Source of the DNA: Candidatus Omnitrophota bacterium
GTDB taxonomy: Bacteria > Omnitrophota > Gorgyraeia > Tantalellales > Tantalellaceae
NCBI GenBank assembly: GCA_015231405.1
Contig: JADGBR010000001.1
Span: forward strand, 155,964-219,963
DNA: 64,000 nucleotides
Direction: 5' to 3'
In this document: piece by piece, positions 48,130-57,975 of the stretch
Layout: each line of letters starts with the position of its first letter
Position numbering within the stretch: the first letter of the stretch is position 1
Made by a program: the position numbers and the translations under genes
Notes under the pieces: generated by a model
Told to the model about the DNA's origin: nothing
Seen by the model: only the letters and a program-made list of their open reading frames with translations
Databases searched by the model: none

Positions 48130-49281
48130 ATGGCAGGAAGGTACCCGATGGATCAAAGGGATAAAAAACTTCTTCTGGATATTTCTTTACAGGCCGGGAT
48201 ATTCGTTGCACTGATACTTGCCGCCGAGATCTTTCTCAGGGTGGCAGCGGGCGAGCCCAGGGGTTTTTTTAATTTCCTGCTGCCGGCCGATAAAGGACTT
48301 TATCCCTCAAATGCCGTCATCTATAACAATTGGGGCAAGGTGCCGTATGTCGTCCGGACGAATTCTCTCGGCTTCAGGGGGCCGGAGATGACTCTCAAAA
48401 AATCCGGCGGCGTCAGAAGGATAGTCGCTATCGGCGATTCCATGACGGACGGATTCTTTGTCGATAATGAAGGAACGTATCCGCATTTTCTGAAGGAGTA
48501 CCTCGACGAGAAATATCCCGCGAAATACGACGTTGTCAATGCCGCCAGAGCCGGAGGCTCCATAGACAAGGAACTGGCGATATTGAAATACAAGGCCCTT
48601 CCGCTGGAGCCGGACATCGTTCTTCTGATGTTCTGCACAAACGATATTTCCGATCTCAAAGGGAAAAATAAGGATGGGCTTCTTGCCCGGGGCGTAAAAT
48701 CCAATAAGCCAGGGGATCACCCTGACAATGAGCTTTTCCTCGCGTTGGCCACTAAAACCGCGATAGGTGAAACTTTGTTCAAAAATTTATTCTGGAGCGG
48801 ATACGCCAGGCGAAATACGGATCTGGATAAGAAAATGGGTGTTTCGAGGTATGAAGTGGAAGGGGCGAAGAGCTACCTGGCCAACGCGGTGAGCTATAAT
48901 ACCCGTTTCAAAAATACCGACGGCATGGTCCTTGAAAATGTTTTTTCGAAGGAAGCCGAAGGATTGACAGGGAATTATTTATATGTCCTCGGGGAATTCA
49001 ATGAAGTTTGCGCTAGAAATAGTTCAAAATTGTATTTTGTTTATATGCCGGCATATTCCCAGATATACGACAAAAAAACATCTATGAGAATAAGGGATAT
49101 ACTGAACGACGCATGCAAAAAGATGTCCATATCGTTCATAGACCTCACGGAAACCATGAGAAGAGAGGGCCAGGACAAAGTTCTTTTTTTAGCACCCTTG
49201 GATTATCATCTAAATCCCGAGGGAAATAAAGTAATTGCCCGGGGCATTTGCGAATATCTGGTAAAAGATAAAATTTCTTAA
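48130..49281 (+). CDS. SGNH/GDSL-family hydrolase with N-terminal TM anchor
   Basis: Block I IVAIGDSMTDGFF. Block V DYHLN (D-x-x-H) near the C-terminus. Confidence 0.6.
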   Translation: MAGRYPMDQRDKKLLLDISLQAGIFVALILAAEIFLRVAAGEPRGFFNFLLPADKGLYPSNAVIYNNWGKVPYVVRTNSLGFRGPEMTLKKSGGVRRIVAIGDSMTDGFFVDNEGTYPHFLKEYLDEKYPAKYDVVNAARAGGSIDKELAILKYKALPLEPDIVLLMFCTNDISDLKGKNKDGLLARGVKSNKPGDHPDNELFLALATKTAIGETLFKNLFWSGYARRNTDLDKKMGVSRYEVEGAKSYLANAVSYNTRFKNTDGMVLENVFSKEAEGLTGNYLYVLGEFNEVCARNSSKLYFVYMPAYSQIYDKKTSMRIRDILNDACKKMSISFIDLTETMRREGQDKVLFLAPLDYHLNPEGNKVIARGICEYLVKDKIS

Positions 49282-49463
49282 TAAACCGTAAAAGTTAATT
49301 ATACCAAACTGCCGCCAATCTGAAATTCCATAGAAAACGCCAAGCTGTAACGGTTAACTTATCCCTTTAAATTTGACTTCTATATAATGACAATATATAA
49401 TAATTAAAATTTTTATATAAACAACTATATATTCCCGGTAGACTGACCGATGGAGGTAAAGTC

Positions 49464-50915
49464 GTGGATGAGTTAACACAAAACCCAAAAGATAGTAATG
49501 ACCTTATTGAGCAGAGATATAAAAATCTTGAAAAGCTGAGAGAATTGGGTGTTGACCCCTGGGGGGAAGGTTTCCGAGACGCGATCAGCGTATCCGTCAT
49601 AAAGGAAAATTTCGCCGAAGGGAAGGATGTCCGCGCGGCCGGACGAATTATGTCCCAGAGGGTCATGGGTAAAAGCATATTCCTTGACCTGAAGGACGGC
49701 TCCGGAAAGATCCAATTGTATGTAAAAAAAGACATGGTCGGCGACGAAGCCTTTAAGGTCTTTAAGATACTGGACATCGGGGATATTATCGGGGTCGACG
49801 GAGCGCTTTTTAAAACGCATTCCGGAGAGGACACCATCCAGGTCAAAAACTTTAAATTATTATCGAAATCCCTAAGGCCCTTACCCGAAAAATGGCACGG
49901 TCTTAAGGATATCGAGACCCGATACAGGCAGAGATACGTTGATCTTATCGTCAACGACGATTCGAGAAAGGTATTCAGGTCCAGGGTCGAGATAACCAAG
50001 GCTATTCGCGATCATTTGGTAGCGAAAGGTTTTTTTGAGGTGGAAACTCCGATGATGCATCCGATAGCAGGTGGCGCCGCCGGAAAACCTTTTAAAACTC
50101 ATCATGAGACACTTGATATGGACCTCTTTTTGAGGATTGCGCCGGAGATATACCTGAAAAAGCTCTTAGTAGGAGGATTTGAGAAGATATTCGAGATAAA
50201 CAGGTCGTTCAGGAACGAGGGAATATCCGTGAGGCATAATCCCGAATTCACAATGATAGAAGTTTACGAGGCTTATTCCGACTGTCGGGGGATGATGAAG
50301 CTGACCGAGGAAATGGTGAGATATGTGGCGAGGACCGTCCTTGGGACCGAAGTGTTCAGCTATCAGGGGCGCCAGATCGATCTCACGAAATGGAAAACAG
50401 TTTCATTTGCCGAGCTTATGAAGGATAATTTCGGGATTAAAGTTGAAGATCCTCTCTCGGAATGGGTTCAAAAACTTAAGGCCAAAGGTATTGCAGTCGA
50501 AGGAGATAAAGTTTCGAAGACACAGCTCCTCAACATTATCGGCGATCTTGTCGAGCCCAAGGGTGAAACGAACCCCGTTTTCGTCGTGGATATATTCAAG
50601 GAGCTTAGTCCTCTGGCGAAAGAGAAGAAAGATTCACCGGGAGTTACGGACAGGTTCGAGCTTTTCATGGGTGGGATGGAAATAGCCAACGCATATTCTG
50701 AACTTAACGATCCGATTGACCAGAAGAAGAGGTTCCTTGACCAGATAAAAGAGGACAAGGACGCCCGGATGGACGAGGACTTTGTCAGAGCCCTCGAGTA
50801 CGGCATGCCTCCGGCGGGCGGTTTGGGGATCGGGGTCGACAGGCTTACGATGATACTTACCGATTCGGCGAGTATACGTGACGTGATATTGTTCCCGCAG
50901 ATGCGGAAGGAGTGA
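49464..50915 (+). CDS. lysS: lysine--tRNA ligase (class II)
   Basis: GTG start after GGAGG. Anticodon-binding OB N-terminus. Class II motifs (FRNEGISVRHNPEFTMIEVYEAY; GGLGIGVDRLTMILT). Confidence 0.95.
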   Translation: MDELTQNPKDSNDLIEQRYKNLEKLRELGVDPWGEGFRDAISVSVIKENFAEGKDVRAAGRIMSQRVMGKSIFLDLKDGSGKIQLYVKKDMVGDEAFKVFKILDIGDIIGVDGALFKTHSGEDTIQVKNFKLLSKSLRPLPEKWHGLKDIETRYRQRYVDLIVNDDSRKVFRSRVEITKAIRDHLVAKGFFEVETPMMHPIAGGAAGKPFKTHHETLDMDLFLRIAPEIYLKKLLVGGFEKIFEINRSFRNEGISVRHNPEFTMIEVYEAYSDCRGMMKLTEEMVRYVARTVLGTEVFSYQGRQIDLTKWKTVSFAELMKDNFGIKVEDPLSEWVQKLKAKGIAVEGDKVSKTQLLNIIGDLVEPKGETNPVFVVDIFKELSPLAKEKKDSPGVTDRFELFMGGMEIANAYSELNDPIDQKKRFLDQIKEDKDARMDEDFVRALEYGMPPAGGLGIGVDRLTMILTDSASIRDVILFPQMRKE

Positions 50916-50928
50916 GGAGATAGTAGTT

Positions 50929-52146
50929 ATGTGGGCACTATTCTTAAGCATCAGATTCTTTTTGGCGCGCCGGAAGGTAGGGTTGATACCCTTCATTAAC
51001 TTAGCTTCTGTCCTGGGGATAGCCGTTGGCGTTGCCGCGCTCATCATCGTCTTATCCGTAATGAACGGGTTCGACAGCGAGATACAGGAAAAGATAATCG
51101 GGACTTACGCCCATATCCTCCTTTCCAGCGAAGAAAGCATAACTGACGCGGACGCGATCAGCAAGGAACTTTGCAATATATCCGGGATCGAAAGCGCGGC
51201 GGAATATGTTTCAGGCCAGGCGATATTGCATAAAGGCAAAACGGTCGTGGGGGTCCTGCTTAAAGGAATAAATGTCCCGAAGGAGATAAGGGTATCGAGA
51301 GTTCTTTCATATATCACAATGGCCGGAAAAGACCCGAAACTTAGCGAAAAAGGGATAGTCCTCGGCAGCGAGCTCATGAAGAACATAGGTGTTCATCCGG
51401 GTGACAAGATCGAGTTGATAGTGCCATATTCGTTCATAGATATGAAGAAAGTCGAACTCACCGTAGAAGGCGGGTTCACTTCAGGAAGATACGATTATGA
51501 CGCGAATCTGGCCGTCGTTAATATAAAAGTGGCACAGGACCTGTACAAGTTGGGCACGGAAGTGACGGGGATAGGCATAAAGACGACGGATGGGGCGGAC
51601 ATCACGGCGATAAAACGGGAGCTCGAGGATTATTTCGGTTATCCGTACGTAGTAAGGAGCTGGATGGACCTTGACAGGAACCTCGTTTCAGCACTGGCAC
51701 TCGAGAAAAAGATGATGTTCATAATGCTGGGCATAATAATAGTCGTGGCATGTTTTAATATTTGCAGTTCTCTAATAATGATGATAATGGAAAAAACCCG
51801 CGATATTGGGATATTGAAGGCACTTGGCGCGACAAGTTTCGGAGTCAGCACTATATTCCTCTGGGAAGGTTTTTTTATAGGGGCGCTGGGCGTCTCTATA
51901 GGTTCGGTGCTCGGGGTATTCCTGGCTGAAAGGGTCAATTATTTTGTCGAATTTGTAAAGAACCTCACGGGTTATGAGATATTCCCCAACGATGTCTATT
52001 ATTTCAGCCAGATCCCTGTTTTGATAAACCATATGGAAGTTTTCCAGATAATGATGTCCACGGTTATCCTGGCGGTTCTGTCGGGAGCTTATCCCGCCTG
52101 GAAAGCGTCAAAGGCGGATCCTGTGGAGGCGATTAGATATGAGTGA
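50929..52146 (+). CDS. lipoprotein-release ABC permease, LolC/LolE (FtsX/MacB-like) family
   Basis: N-terminal TM, large periplasmic domain, FtsX-like 3-TM C-terminus. Followed by the ATPase gene. Confidence 0.8.
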   Translation: MWALFLSIRFFLARRKVGLIPFINLASVLGIAVGVAALIIVLSVMNGFDSEIQEKIIGTYAHILLSSEESITDADAISKELCNISGIESAAEYVSGQAILHKGKTVVGVLLKGINVPKEIRVSRVLSYITMAGKDPKLSEKGIVLGSELMKNIGVHPGDKIELIVPYSFIDMKKVELTVEGGFTSGRYDYDANLAVVNIKVAQDLYKLGTEVTGIGIKTTDGADITAIKRELEDYFGYPYVVRSWMDLDRNLVSALALEKKMMFIMLGIIIVVACFNICSSLIMMIMEKTRDIGILKALGATSFGVSTIFLWEGFFIGALGVSIGSVLGVFLAERVNYFVEFVKNLTGYEIFPNDVYYFSQIPVLINHMEVFQIMMSTVILAVLSGAYPAWKASKADPVEAIRYE

Positions 52147-52822
52147 CGTTAAACTGATAAGAGCAGAAAAGGTAAATAAAAAATTCAAACAGGGGCCCTC
52201 GATGGTCCATGCTGTAAAGGATGTCGATTTTGAGATGTCACCGGGCGAGAAAGTTTATCTTTATGGCCCTTCCGGCGCGGGTAAATCGACTCTTCTCGAT
52301 ATTCTTGGCAACTTGACAAGGGCGTCATCGGGAAAGATCTTTTTCCGCGATAAGGATGTTTGTAAAATGTCGGATAAAAAAAGGAGCCTGATGCGGAACC
52401 TGTGTTTCGGGTTCGTTTTCCAGTTCTATTATCTCCTCCCTGAGCTGACAGTCCTGGAGAATGTGATGCTGCCGTCGCGGATAATAGGAAAAAACACCCG
52501 GGGCATAAAGGATAAGGCTATGGGGCTTCTTAAAAGAGTAAAAATGGATCACAGGATAAAACATAAGCCGCTTGAATTATCAGGCGGGGAGGCTCAGAGG
52601 GTATCGATCGCCCGGGCTCTAATAAATTCGCCTGAGATACTTTTTTGCGATGAGCCGACTGGTAACCTGGATTCAGCTATGGCAAGCTCGATCTACGAAA
52701 TAGTTAACGATATCAGCAGGGAAGAAAAAATGAGCCTTTTGATCGTTACCCACCATGAACTCGACAAAACTTACTACGACACTAAATATTTAATGAAGGA
52801 TGGTGTTTTAAATAGGCAATAG
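52139..52822 (+). CDS. lolD: lipoprotein-release ABC transporter ATP-binding protein LolD
   Basis: Walker A GPSGAGKST. ABC signature LSGGEAQRVSIARAL. Walker B ILFCDEPTGNLD. Overlaps the permease gene. Confidence 0.85.
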   Translation: MSDVKLIRAEKVNKKFKQGPSMVHAVKDVDFEMSPGEKVYLYGPSGAGKSTLLDILGNLTRASSGKIFFRDKDVCKMSDKKRSLMRNLCFGFVFQFYYLLPELTVLENVMLPSRIIGKNTRGIKDKAMGLLKRVKMDHRIKHKPLELSGGEAQRVSIARALINSPEILFCDEPTGNLDSAMASSIYEIVNDISREEKMSLLIVTHHELDKTYYDTKYLMKDGVLNRQ

Positions 52823-52894
52823 TTAGTGTATCATATCCGTGATGAACGTGAGTATAAGTGTTTGCAATCGTTAAACCAATGAGCAGGAGATGGA

Positions 52895-53767
52895 ATGGAA
52901 AGAAAGATATATTTGAACGGCGTATTTGTGGAAAAGAAAGACGCTAAGATATCGGTTTTTGATCATGGGCTTCTCTATGGAGACGGTGTTTTCGAGGGAA
53001 TACGGTCTTATTCGAGGAAAGTGTTCAGACTTCATAAGCATATGGAAAGACTCTATGCGGGAGCGGCCGCGATAAAGCTTAACGTCAATATGTCGATTGA
53101 TGAGTTTGAGTCTAAGATAATCGAGACATTACGGATCAATGGGCTGGATGACGCGTATATACGTGTTGTCGTAACACGCGGCGTGGGTGACCTGGGATTG
53201 GATCCCCGAAAATGTTCTTTGCCTACGATTTTTATTATTGCCGATAAGATCGTACTGTACCCTGAGGAGTTTTATGAAAAAGGGTTACCGATAATCATCG
53301 CAAAAACACGCAGGATCTCTCCTCAATCCATAAGCCCTGCGATAAAATCGCTTAATTATTTAAACAACATCCTCGGTAAGATAGAGGCTACTGCCGCAGG
53401 TTGTAATGAAGCGTTAATGTTAACGATAGACGGGTATGTCGCGGAATGCACTGGTGATAACATTTTTCTTATAAAAAAAGGTAAATTGATAACCCCGCCT
53501 TCGGAGATCGGTGCCCTGAACGGGATAACGCAGCAAGCCGTTATTGACATCGCCTTGAAAAGAGGAATGAAATTCGGGTATGAAATGTTGAAGCCAAACG
53601 ATATTTTTGATGCCGATGAGTGTTTTTTGACCGGGACCGCAGCCGAGGTCATACCGGTCAACAAAGTCGACGGTAAGGTGATAGGATCAGGCGTTCCAGG
53701 GTCCGTTACTAAGGACATAATACTGGCGTTCAGGGAGCTGACGCGGGTTGATGGGACAGCGTATTGA
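52895..53767 (+). CDS. class IV aminotransferase (branched-chain amino acid or D-amino acid aminotransferase)
   Basis: Fold-type IV PLP motifs (DHGLLYGDGVFEGIRSY, EATAAGCNEALMLT). 290 aa. Confidence 0.7.
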   Translation: MERKIYLNGVFVEKKDAKISVFDHGLLYGDGVFEGIRSYSRKVFRLHKHMERLYAGAAAIKLNVNMSIDEFESKIIETLRINGLDDAYIRVVVTRGVGDLGLDPRKCSLPTIFIIADKIVLYPEEFYEKGLPIIIAKTRRISPQSISPAIKSLNYLNNILGKIEATAAGCNEALMLTIDGYVAECTGDNIFLIKKGKLITPPSEIGALNGITQQAVIDIALKRGMKFGYEMLKPNDIFDADECFLTGTAAEVIPVNKVDGKVIGSGVPGSVTKDIILAFRELTRVDGTAY

Positions 53768-53774
53768 GTTGGGT

Positions 53775-53856
53775 TATAGTTGCTATGTTTAGGTGTTAGG
53801 TGTTGTGTTCAGATAATATTAACATAACCTAACATCTAAACATAGCAACTATAACC
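53775..53856 (+). repeat. near-perfect 30-bp-arm inverted repeat (very stable hairpin) between the aminotransferase gene and mcsA
   Basis: gttatagttgctatgtttaggtgttaggtg (53775-53804) versus cataacctaacatctaaacatagcaactataac (53824-53856). The reverse complement differs at 2 positions. 19-nt AT-rich loop containing ataatat. Confidence 0.6.
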
Positions 53857-53886
53857 TATATATTCCGAACAAGATAGGAGACGAAC

Positions 53887-54399
53887 ATGATGAATTGCGA
53901 CGTCTGCAAGATCCGTGAAGCGACTGTGCATCTGACCGAAGTTATCAATAGCAAGGTCACGAAGCTCCACCTTTGCGAGCATTGCGCAAAAGATAAAAGC
54001 GAGGAGATGCAGTCCCATTTCGGCCTGACGGACCTTATCTCCGGCCTCATGGATATCGGGCCGCAGGTCGCTTCCGACGACCTTGGCGAACAGACGACAT
54101 TGAAATGCCAGGCTTGCGGTATGACTTACGGAGATTTCCAGAATACGAGCAAACTGGGATGCGGTAACTGTTATGAGACCTTCAAGGACAGGCTCAGCGA
54201 TCTTCTCACAAAGATACACGGTTCCGACAGGCATATCGGCAAAATGCCTTTCAAAGGTAAAACGGTAGTCGAGGAGCAGGAAAAGCTAAAGCAGCTTAAA
54301 TCTGAACTGAATGACCTTATCAGGGGCGAGCAGTTCGAAAAGGCGGCCATAACCAGGGACAGGATAAAGGACCTTGAGGACAAACTATTGAAGAAGTGA
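53887..54399 (+). CDS. mcsA: McsA (protein-arginine kinase activator; zinc fingers plus UVR motif)
   Basis: Two C-x2-C...C-x2-C pairs (CDVCK...CEHCAKD; CQACG...CGNCYETF). C-terminal UVR-like helix (LNDLIRGEQFEKAAITRDRIKDLE). Directly upstream of mcsB-clpC. Confidence 0.7.
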   Translation: MMNCDVCKIREATVHLTEVINSKVTKLHLCEHCAKDKSEEMQSHFGLTDLISGLMDIGPQVASDDLGEQTTLKCQACGMTYGDFQNTSKLGCGNCYETFKDRLSDLLTKIHGSDRHIGKMPFKGKTVVEEQEKLKQLKSELNDLIRGEQFEKAAITRDRIKDLEDKLLKK

Positions 54400-55451
54400 G
54401 GGCCATGGAGATCAAGGATTTTCTGAAACGTAAAAGCGAGTGGGTGAAGGGCGAGGGGCCTCGGTCGGACATTGTCATGTCCACGAGGATACGGATAGCC
54501 AGGAATGTGAACGGACATCCTTTCTACAACTGGGCTGACAAGACAAAACGAAAAGAAGTCTTCGAGAAAATGATGGCCGCTATGAAAGGAGCTGTCACTT
54601 TCAAGGACGCTCAGCTCATCAAGATGAAGGATACGACGCCCATTGAACGGACTTTTCTCGTTGAGAGGCATTTAATAAGCAATGAGCATACGCATGACGT
54701 CGATTCGAAAGGCCTGGTGATAGCTAACGAGGAAACCCTGAGCATAATGCTGAACGAGGAGGACCATCTGAGGCTGCAGGTCATAAAGTCGGGTTTCAAT
54801 CTGATGGAAGCGTGGAAGATCATCGATGAGATCGACACGAATCTTGGTACGCATCTGCCTTACGCGTATTCATCAAAGTTCGGCTATCTGACGGCTTGTC
54901 CGACAAATACCGGCACGGGGCTACGGAGTTCGGTAATGCTCCACATGCCGGCGCTGGAGTTGACAAATCAGATGGAAAGGGTTTACGAGGCCATATCGAA
55001 GCTTGGCCTTACGATAAGGGGTTTTTACGGGGAAGGATCCGAGGCTTCGGGGAATTTCTTCCAGATATCCAACCAGGTGTCGCTGGGTCACTCCGAAATG
55101 GATATACTCGATAATTTCGGCAGGGTGGTCGATAAGATCATCGAGCGGGAGAAGGATACCCGGGATTACCTCATGGAAAATAAAAAAAGGGAAGTTACGG
55201 ACAATATATTCAGATCGTTCGGCACGCTTAAAAGCGCAAGGATAATAACTTCCAGCGAAACAATAAGGCTTTTATCTGCTGTCAGGCTTGGGGTGGACCT
55301 TGGCCTCATTAAAGAGGTCACGGTAACGGCGCTTAACGAGATACTCCTTTTAATGCAGCCGGGACATCTCCAGGTACTGAACAACGAAGGCCTAGGGCAG
55401 TCAGAGAGGGATATCAGGCGCGCCGATATGATAAGGGATAAATTGGTGTAG
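54396..55451 (+). CDS. mcsB: protein arginine kinase McsB (ATP:guanido phosphotransferase)
   Basis: Phosphagen-kinase active-site Cys motif CPTNTGTGLR. EEDHLRLQ. Confidence 0.85.
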   Translation: MRAMEIKDFLKRKSEWVKGEGPRSDIVMSTRIRIARNVNGHPFYNWADKTKRKEVFEKMMAAMKGAVTFKDAQLIKMKDTTPIERTFLVERHLISNEHTHDVDSKGLVIANEETLSIMLNEEDHLRLQVIKSGFNLMEAWKIIDEIDTNLGTHLPYAYSSKFGYLTACPTNTGTGLRSSVMLHMPALELTNQMERVYEAISKLGLTIRGFYGEGSEASGNFFQISNQVSLGHSEMDILDNFGRVVDKIIEREKDTRDYLMENKKREVTDNIFRSFGTLKSARIITSSETIRLLSAVRLGVDLGLIKEVTVTALNEILLLMQPGHLQVLNNEGLGQSERDIRRADMIRDKLV

Positions 55452-55516
55452 CTTCAGGTTCCAGGTTAAAGGTGTTTGTTCATAGTGTGCTTGTGATCAT
55501 CAAACAGGAGGGATAG

Positions 55517-57961
55517 ATGGCTTCTTTCAGTAAATTCACGGAAAGGGCGAGAAAGGTTATTTTGATAGCTAAGGACGAGGCGAAAAAGCTCAACCACGAT
55601 TATATCGGAACAGAGCATATACTTTTGGGCCTCGTTAAGGAAGGAGAGGGGGTCGCCGCTGCTGTTCTCAACAGTCTCGGGCTTGAGCCCGATAATATCC
55701 GGGAGGAAGTCGAAAAGCTCGTGAAGCAGGGGCCTCATCCGATAATGACAGGGGATATCCCGTTCACTCCGAGAGCTAAAAAGGTCATAGAGCTGGCCAT
55801 GGACGAGGCCAGGAACCTCGGGCACAATTACATAGGGACCGAGCATCTCTTACTTGGGCTTATAAGGGAGGGCGAGGGCATCGCCGCCCAGGTCCTTCTG
55901 AACCTTGGGCTTGACGTAAGGAGCGTAAGGGACGAGGTGCTCAATCTCCTTGGTTCGTCCGTTCCGGGATTTTCACCTAACCAGGACGCTAAACGCAAAA
56001 AGAAGACCAAGACACCCGCCCTTGATTCGTTCGGCAGGGATCTCACAGCCATGGCAAAGGAAGAAAAGCTTGATCCGGTCATAGGCCGGGAGAACGAGAT
56101 ACAGCGTGTGATACAGATACTCGGGAGGCGTAAAAAGAACAACCCCGTTCTTATCGGTGAGGCTGGCGTCGGTAAAACCGCAATAGTCGAGGGCCTGGCG
56201 CAGAAGATAATTACCGGCGATGTTCCGGATATCCTCAGGAACAAAAGGCTCCTGATCCTTGACCTGGCTTCCATGATAGCCGGGACAAAGTACCGCGGCC
56301 AGTTCGAGGAAAGGATAAAGGCCGTGATGAAGGAGATAAAGGATTCTTCCGAGGTGATAGTTTTTATTGACGAGATACACACTCTCGTCGGCGCCGGAGG
56401 GGCGGAAGGTGCTATAGACGCTTCGAATATACTTAAACCGTCGCTTCAGCGGGGTGAGATACAGTGCATAGGTGCTACGACGTTCGACGAATATAGGAAG
56501 AACATAGAAAAAGATCCGGCCCTCGAAAGAAGGTTCCAACCCGTGATCGTGGAGGCTCCGTCGGTGGAAGATACTATACAGATACTAATGGGCCTCAGGG
56601 ATAACTATGAGGCCCATCATAAAGTGAAATTTACCGATAAGGCCCTGGAAGCGGCGGCGAAACTTTCGGACAGATATATAACGGCCCGTTTCCAACCCGA
56701 TAAATCCATCGACCTTATCGACGAGGCCGGTTCTAAGGCGCGGCTTTCCACTATGACCATGCCGCCGAATCTTCAGGACGAAGAGAGGAAAATAGAAGAG
56801 TACAAAAGGGAAAAGGAAGAGGCCGTGAAACAGCAGGATTTTGAGAAGGCCGCCCGTTTCAGGGACTTCGAGAGAAAAGCGAAAGAAGAGCTTGAGCAGA
56901 AGCGCCAGGAGTGGAAAAAAGACCAGACTCAGGGCGAGATCCTTGTGGACGAGGAGAATATCGCGACCATAGTTTCTGAATGGACGGGTATCCCTCTTGT
57001 GAAAGTCGAGGAAAAAGAATCGGCGAAATATCTTAAACTGGAAGAGAACCTTAGGGAGAGGGTAGTCGGACAGACGGAGCCGATATCCGCGATAGCCCAT
57101 GCGGTGAGGCGTTCGAGGGCCGGGATAAAGGACCCGAACCGTCCGATAGGGACTTTCATATTCCTGGGACCGACCGGCGTAGGTAAGACGCTTCTGGCGA
57201 AAAAGCTGGCTGAGGTAATATTCGGCGACGAGGACGCTATCATACAGGTCGACATGTCCGAGTATATGGAAAAGTTCAATGTGTCAAAACTTGTTGGTTC
57301 GCCCCCTGGATATGTCGGGTATGAGGAAGGCGGACAGCTTACCGAAAAGGTCAGGCGGAAGCCCTACGCTGTGGTCTTGCTTGATGAAATAGAGAAAGCT
57401 CATCCGGACGTATTTAACATACTCCTACAGCTTCTTGACGAAGGCAGGCTCACGGATTCTTTCGGTCGTAAGGTCAGTTTTAAGCACACTATCCTTATCA
57501 TGACATCTAATATCGGTGCCGATCTAATTAAGAAAGCCGGAGCGATGGGTTTTTCGACCGATAAAAAAGAAGAAGCTAATTACGACACTATGAAGGGGAA
57601 ACTTCTTAACGAGATAAAACAGCATTTCAAACCGGAGTTCCTTAACAGGGTGGATGACGTGATAGTGTTCAGGAGCCTGAACGAGGACGATCTTAAGCAG
57701 ATAGTCGGAATAGAGGTAAGGGAGGTTACTGCTCGGCTGAAAGAGCAGAATATCATTATCGAGCTCGACGCTTCGGCGAAAGATTTCATCATTGAGAAAG
57801 GTTTTGACAGGACTTTCGGGGCGAGGCCGCTAAAAAGAGCCATACAGAGATACCTTGAGAACCCGCTCGCCGAGGAGATATTGGCGGGCGATTTCGGTAA
57901 CGGAGACGTTATCAAGGTCACTTGTTCCAAGAACAAAGATTGCCTGATCTTCAAAAAATAA
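55517..57961 (+). CDS. clpC: ATP-dependent Clp protease ATP-binding subunit ClpC
   Basis: Two Clp_N repeats. NBD1 GEAGVGKT. Short UVR-type middle domain (QQDFEKAARFRDFERK). NBD2 GPTGVGKT. ClpP-binding loop region. 814 aa. Confidence 0.95.
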   Translation: MASFSKFTERARKVILIAKDEAKKLNHDYIGTEHILLGLVKEGEGVAAAVLNSLGLEPDNIREEVEKLVKQGPHPIMTGDIPFTPRAKKVIELAMDEARNLGHNYIGTEHLLLGLIREGEGIAAQVLLNLGLDVRSVRDEVLNLLGSSVPGFSPNQDAKRKKKTKTPALDSFGRDLTAMAKEEKLDPVIGRENEIQRVIQILGRRKKNNPVLIGEAGVGKTAIVEGLAQKIITGDVPDILRNKRLLILDLASMIAGTKYRGQFEERIKAVMKEIKDSSEVIVFIDEIHTLVGAGGAEGAIDASNILKPSLQRGEIQCIGATTFDEYRKNIEKDPALERRFQPVIVEAPSVEDTIQILMGLRDNYEAHHKVKFTDKALEAAAKLSDRYITARFQPDKSIDLIDEAGSKARLSTMTMPPNLQDEERKIEEYKREKEEAVKQQDFEKAARFRDFERKAKEELEQKRQEWKKDQTQGEILVDEENIATIVSEWTGIPLVKVEEKESAKYLKLEENLRERVVGQTEPISAIAHAVRRSRAGIKDPNRPIGTFIFLGPTGVGKTLLAKKLAEVIFGDEDAIIQVDMSEYMEKFNVSKLVGSPPGYVGYEEGGQLTEKVRRKPYAVVLLDEIEKAHPDVFNILLQLLDEGRLTDSFGRKVSFKHTILIMTSNIGADLIKKAGAMGFSTDKKEEANYDTMKGKLLNEIKQHFKPEFLNRVDDVIVFRSLNEDDLKQIVGIEVREVTARLKEQNIIIELDASAKDFIIEKGFDRTFGARPLKRAIQRYLENPLAEEILAGDFGNGDVIKVTCSKNKDCLIFKK

Positions 57962-57975
57962 AAAGCAGCGGCTGG

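Noticed and set aside
53768-53886. CtsR box (GGTCAAA heptad direct repeats) or CIRCE upstream of mcsA/clpC and clpB
   Set aside because: Neither motif is present in the sequence. The palindromes found have different sequences and are reported separately.
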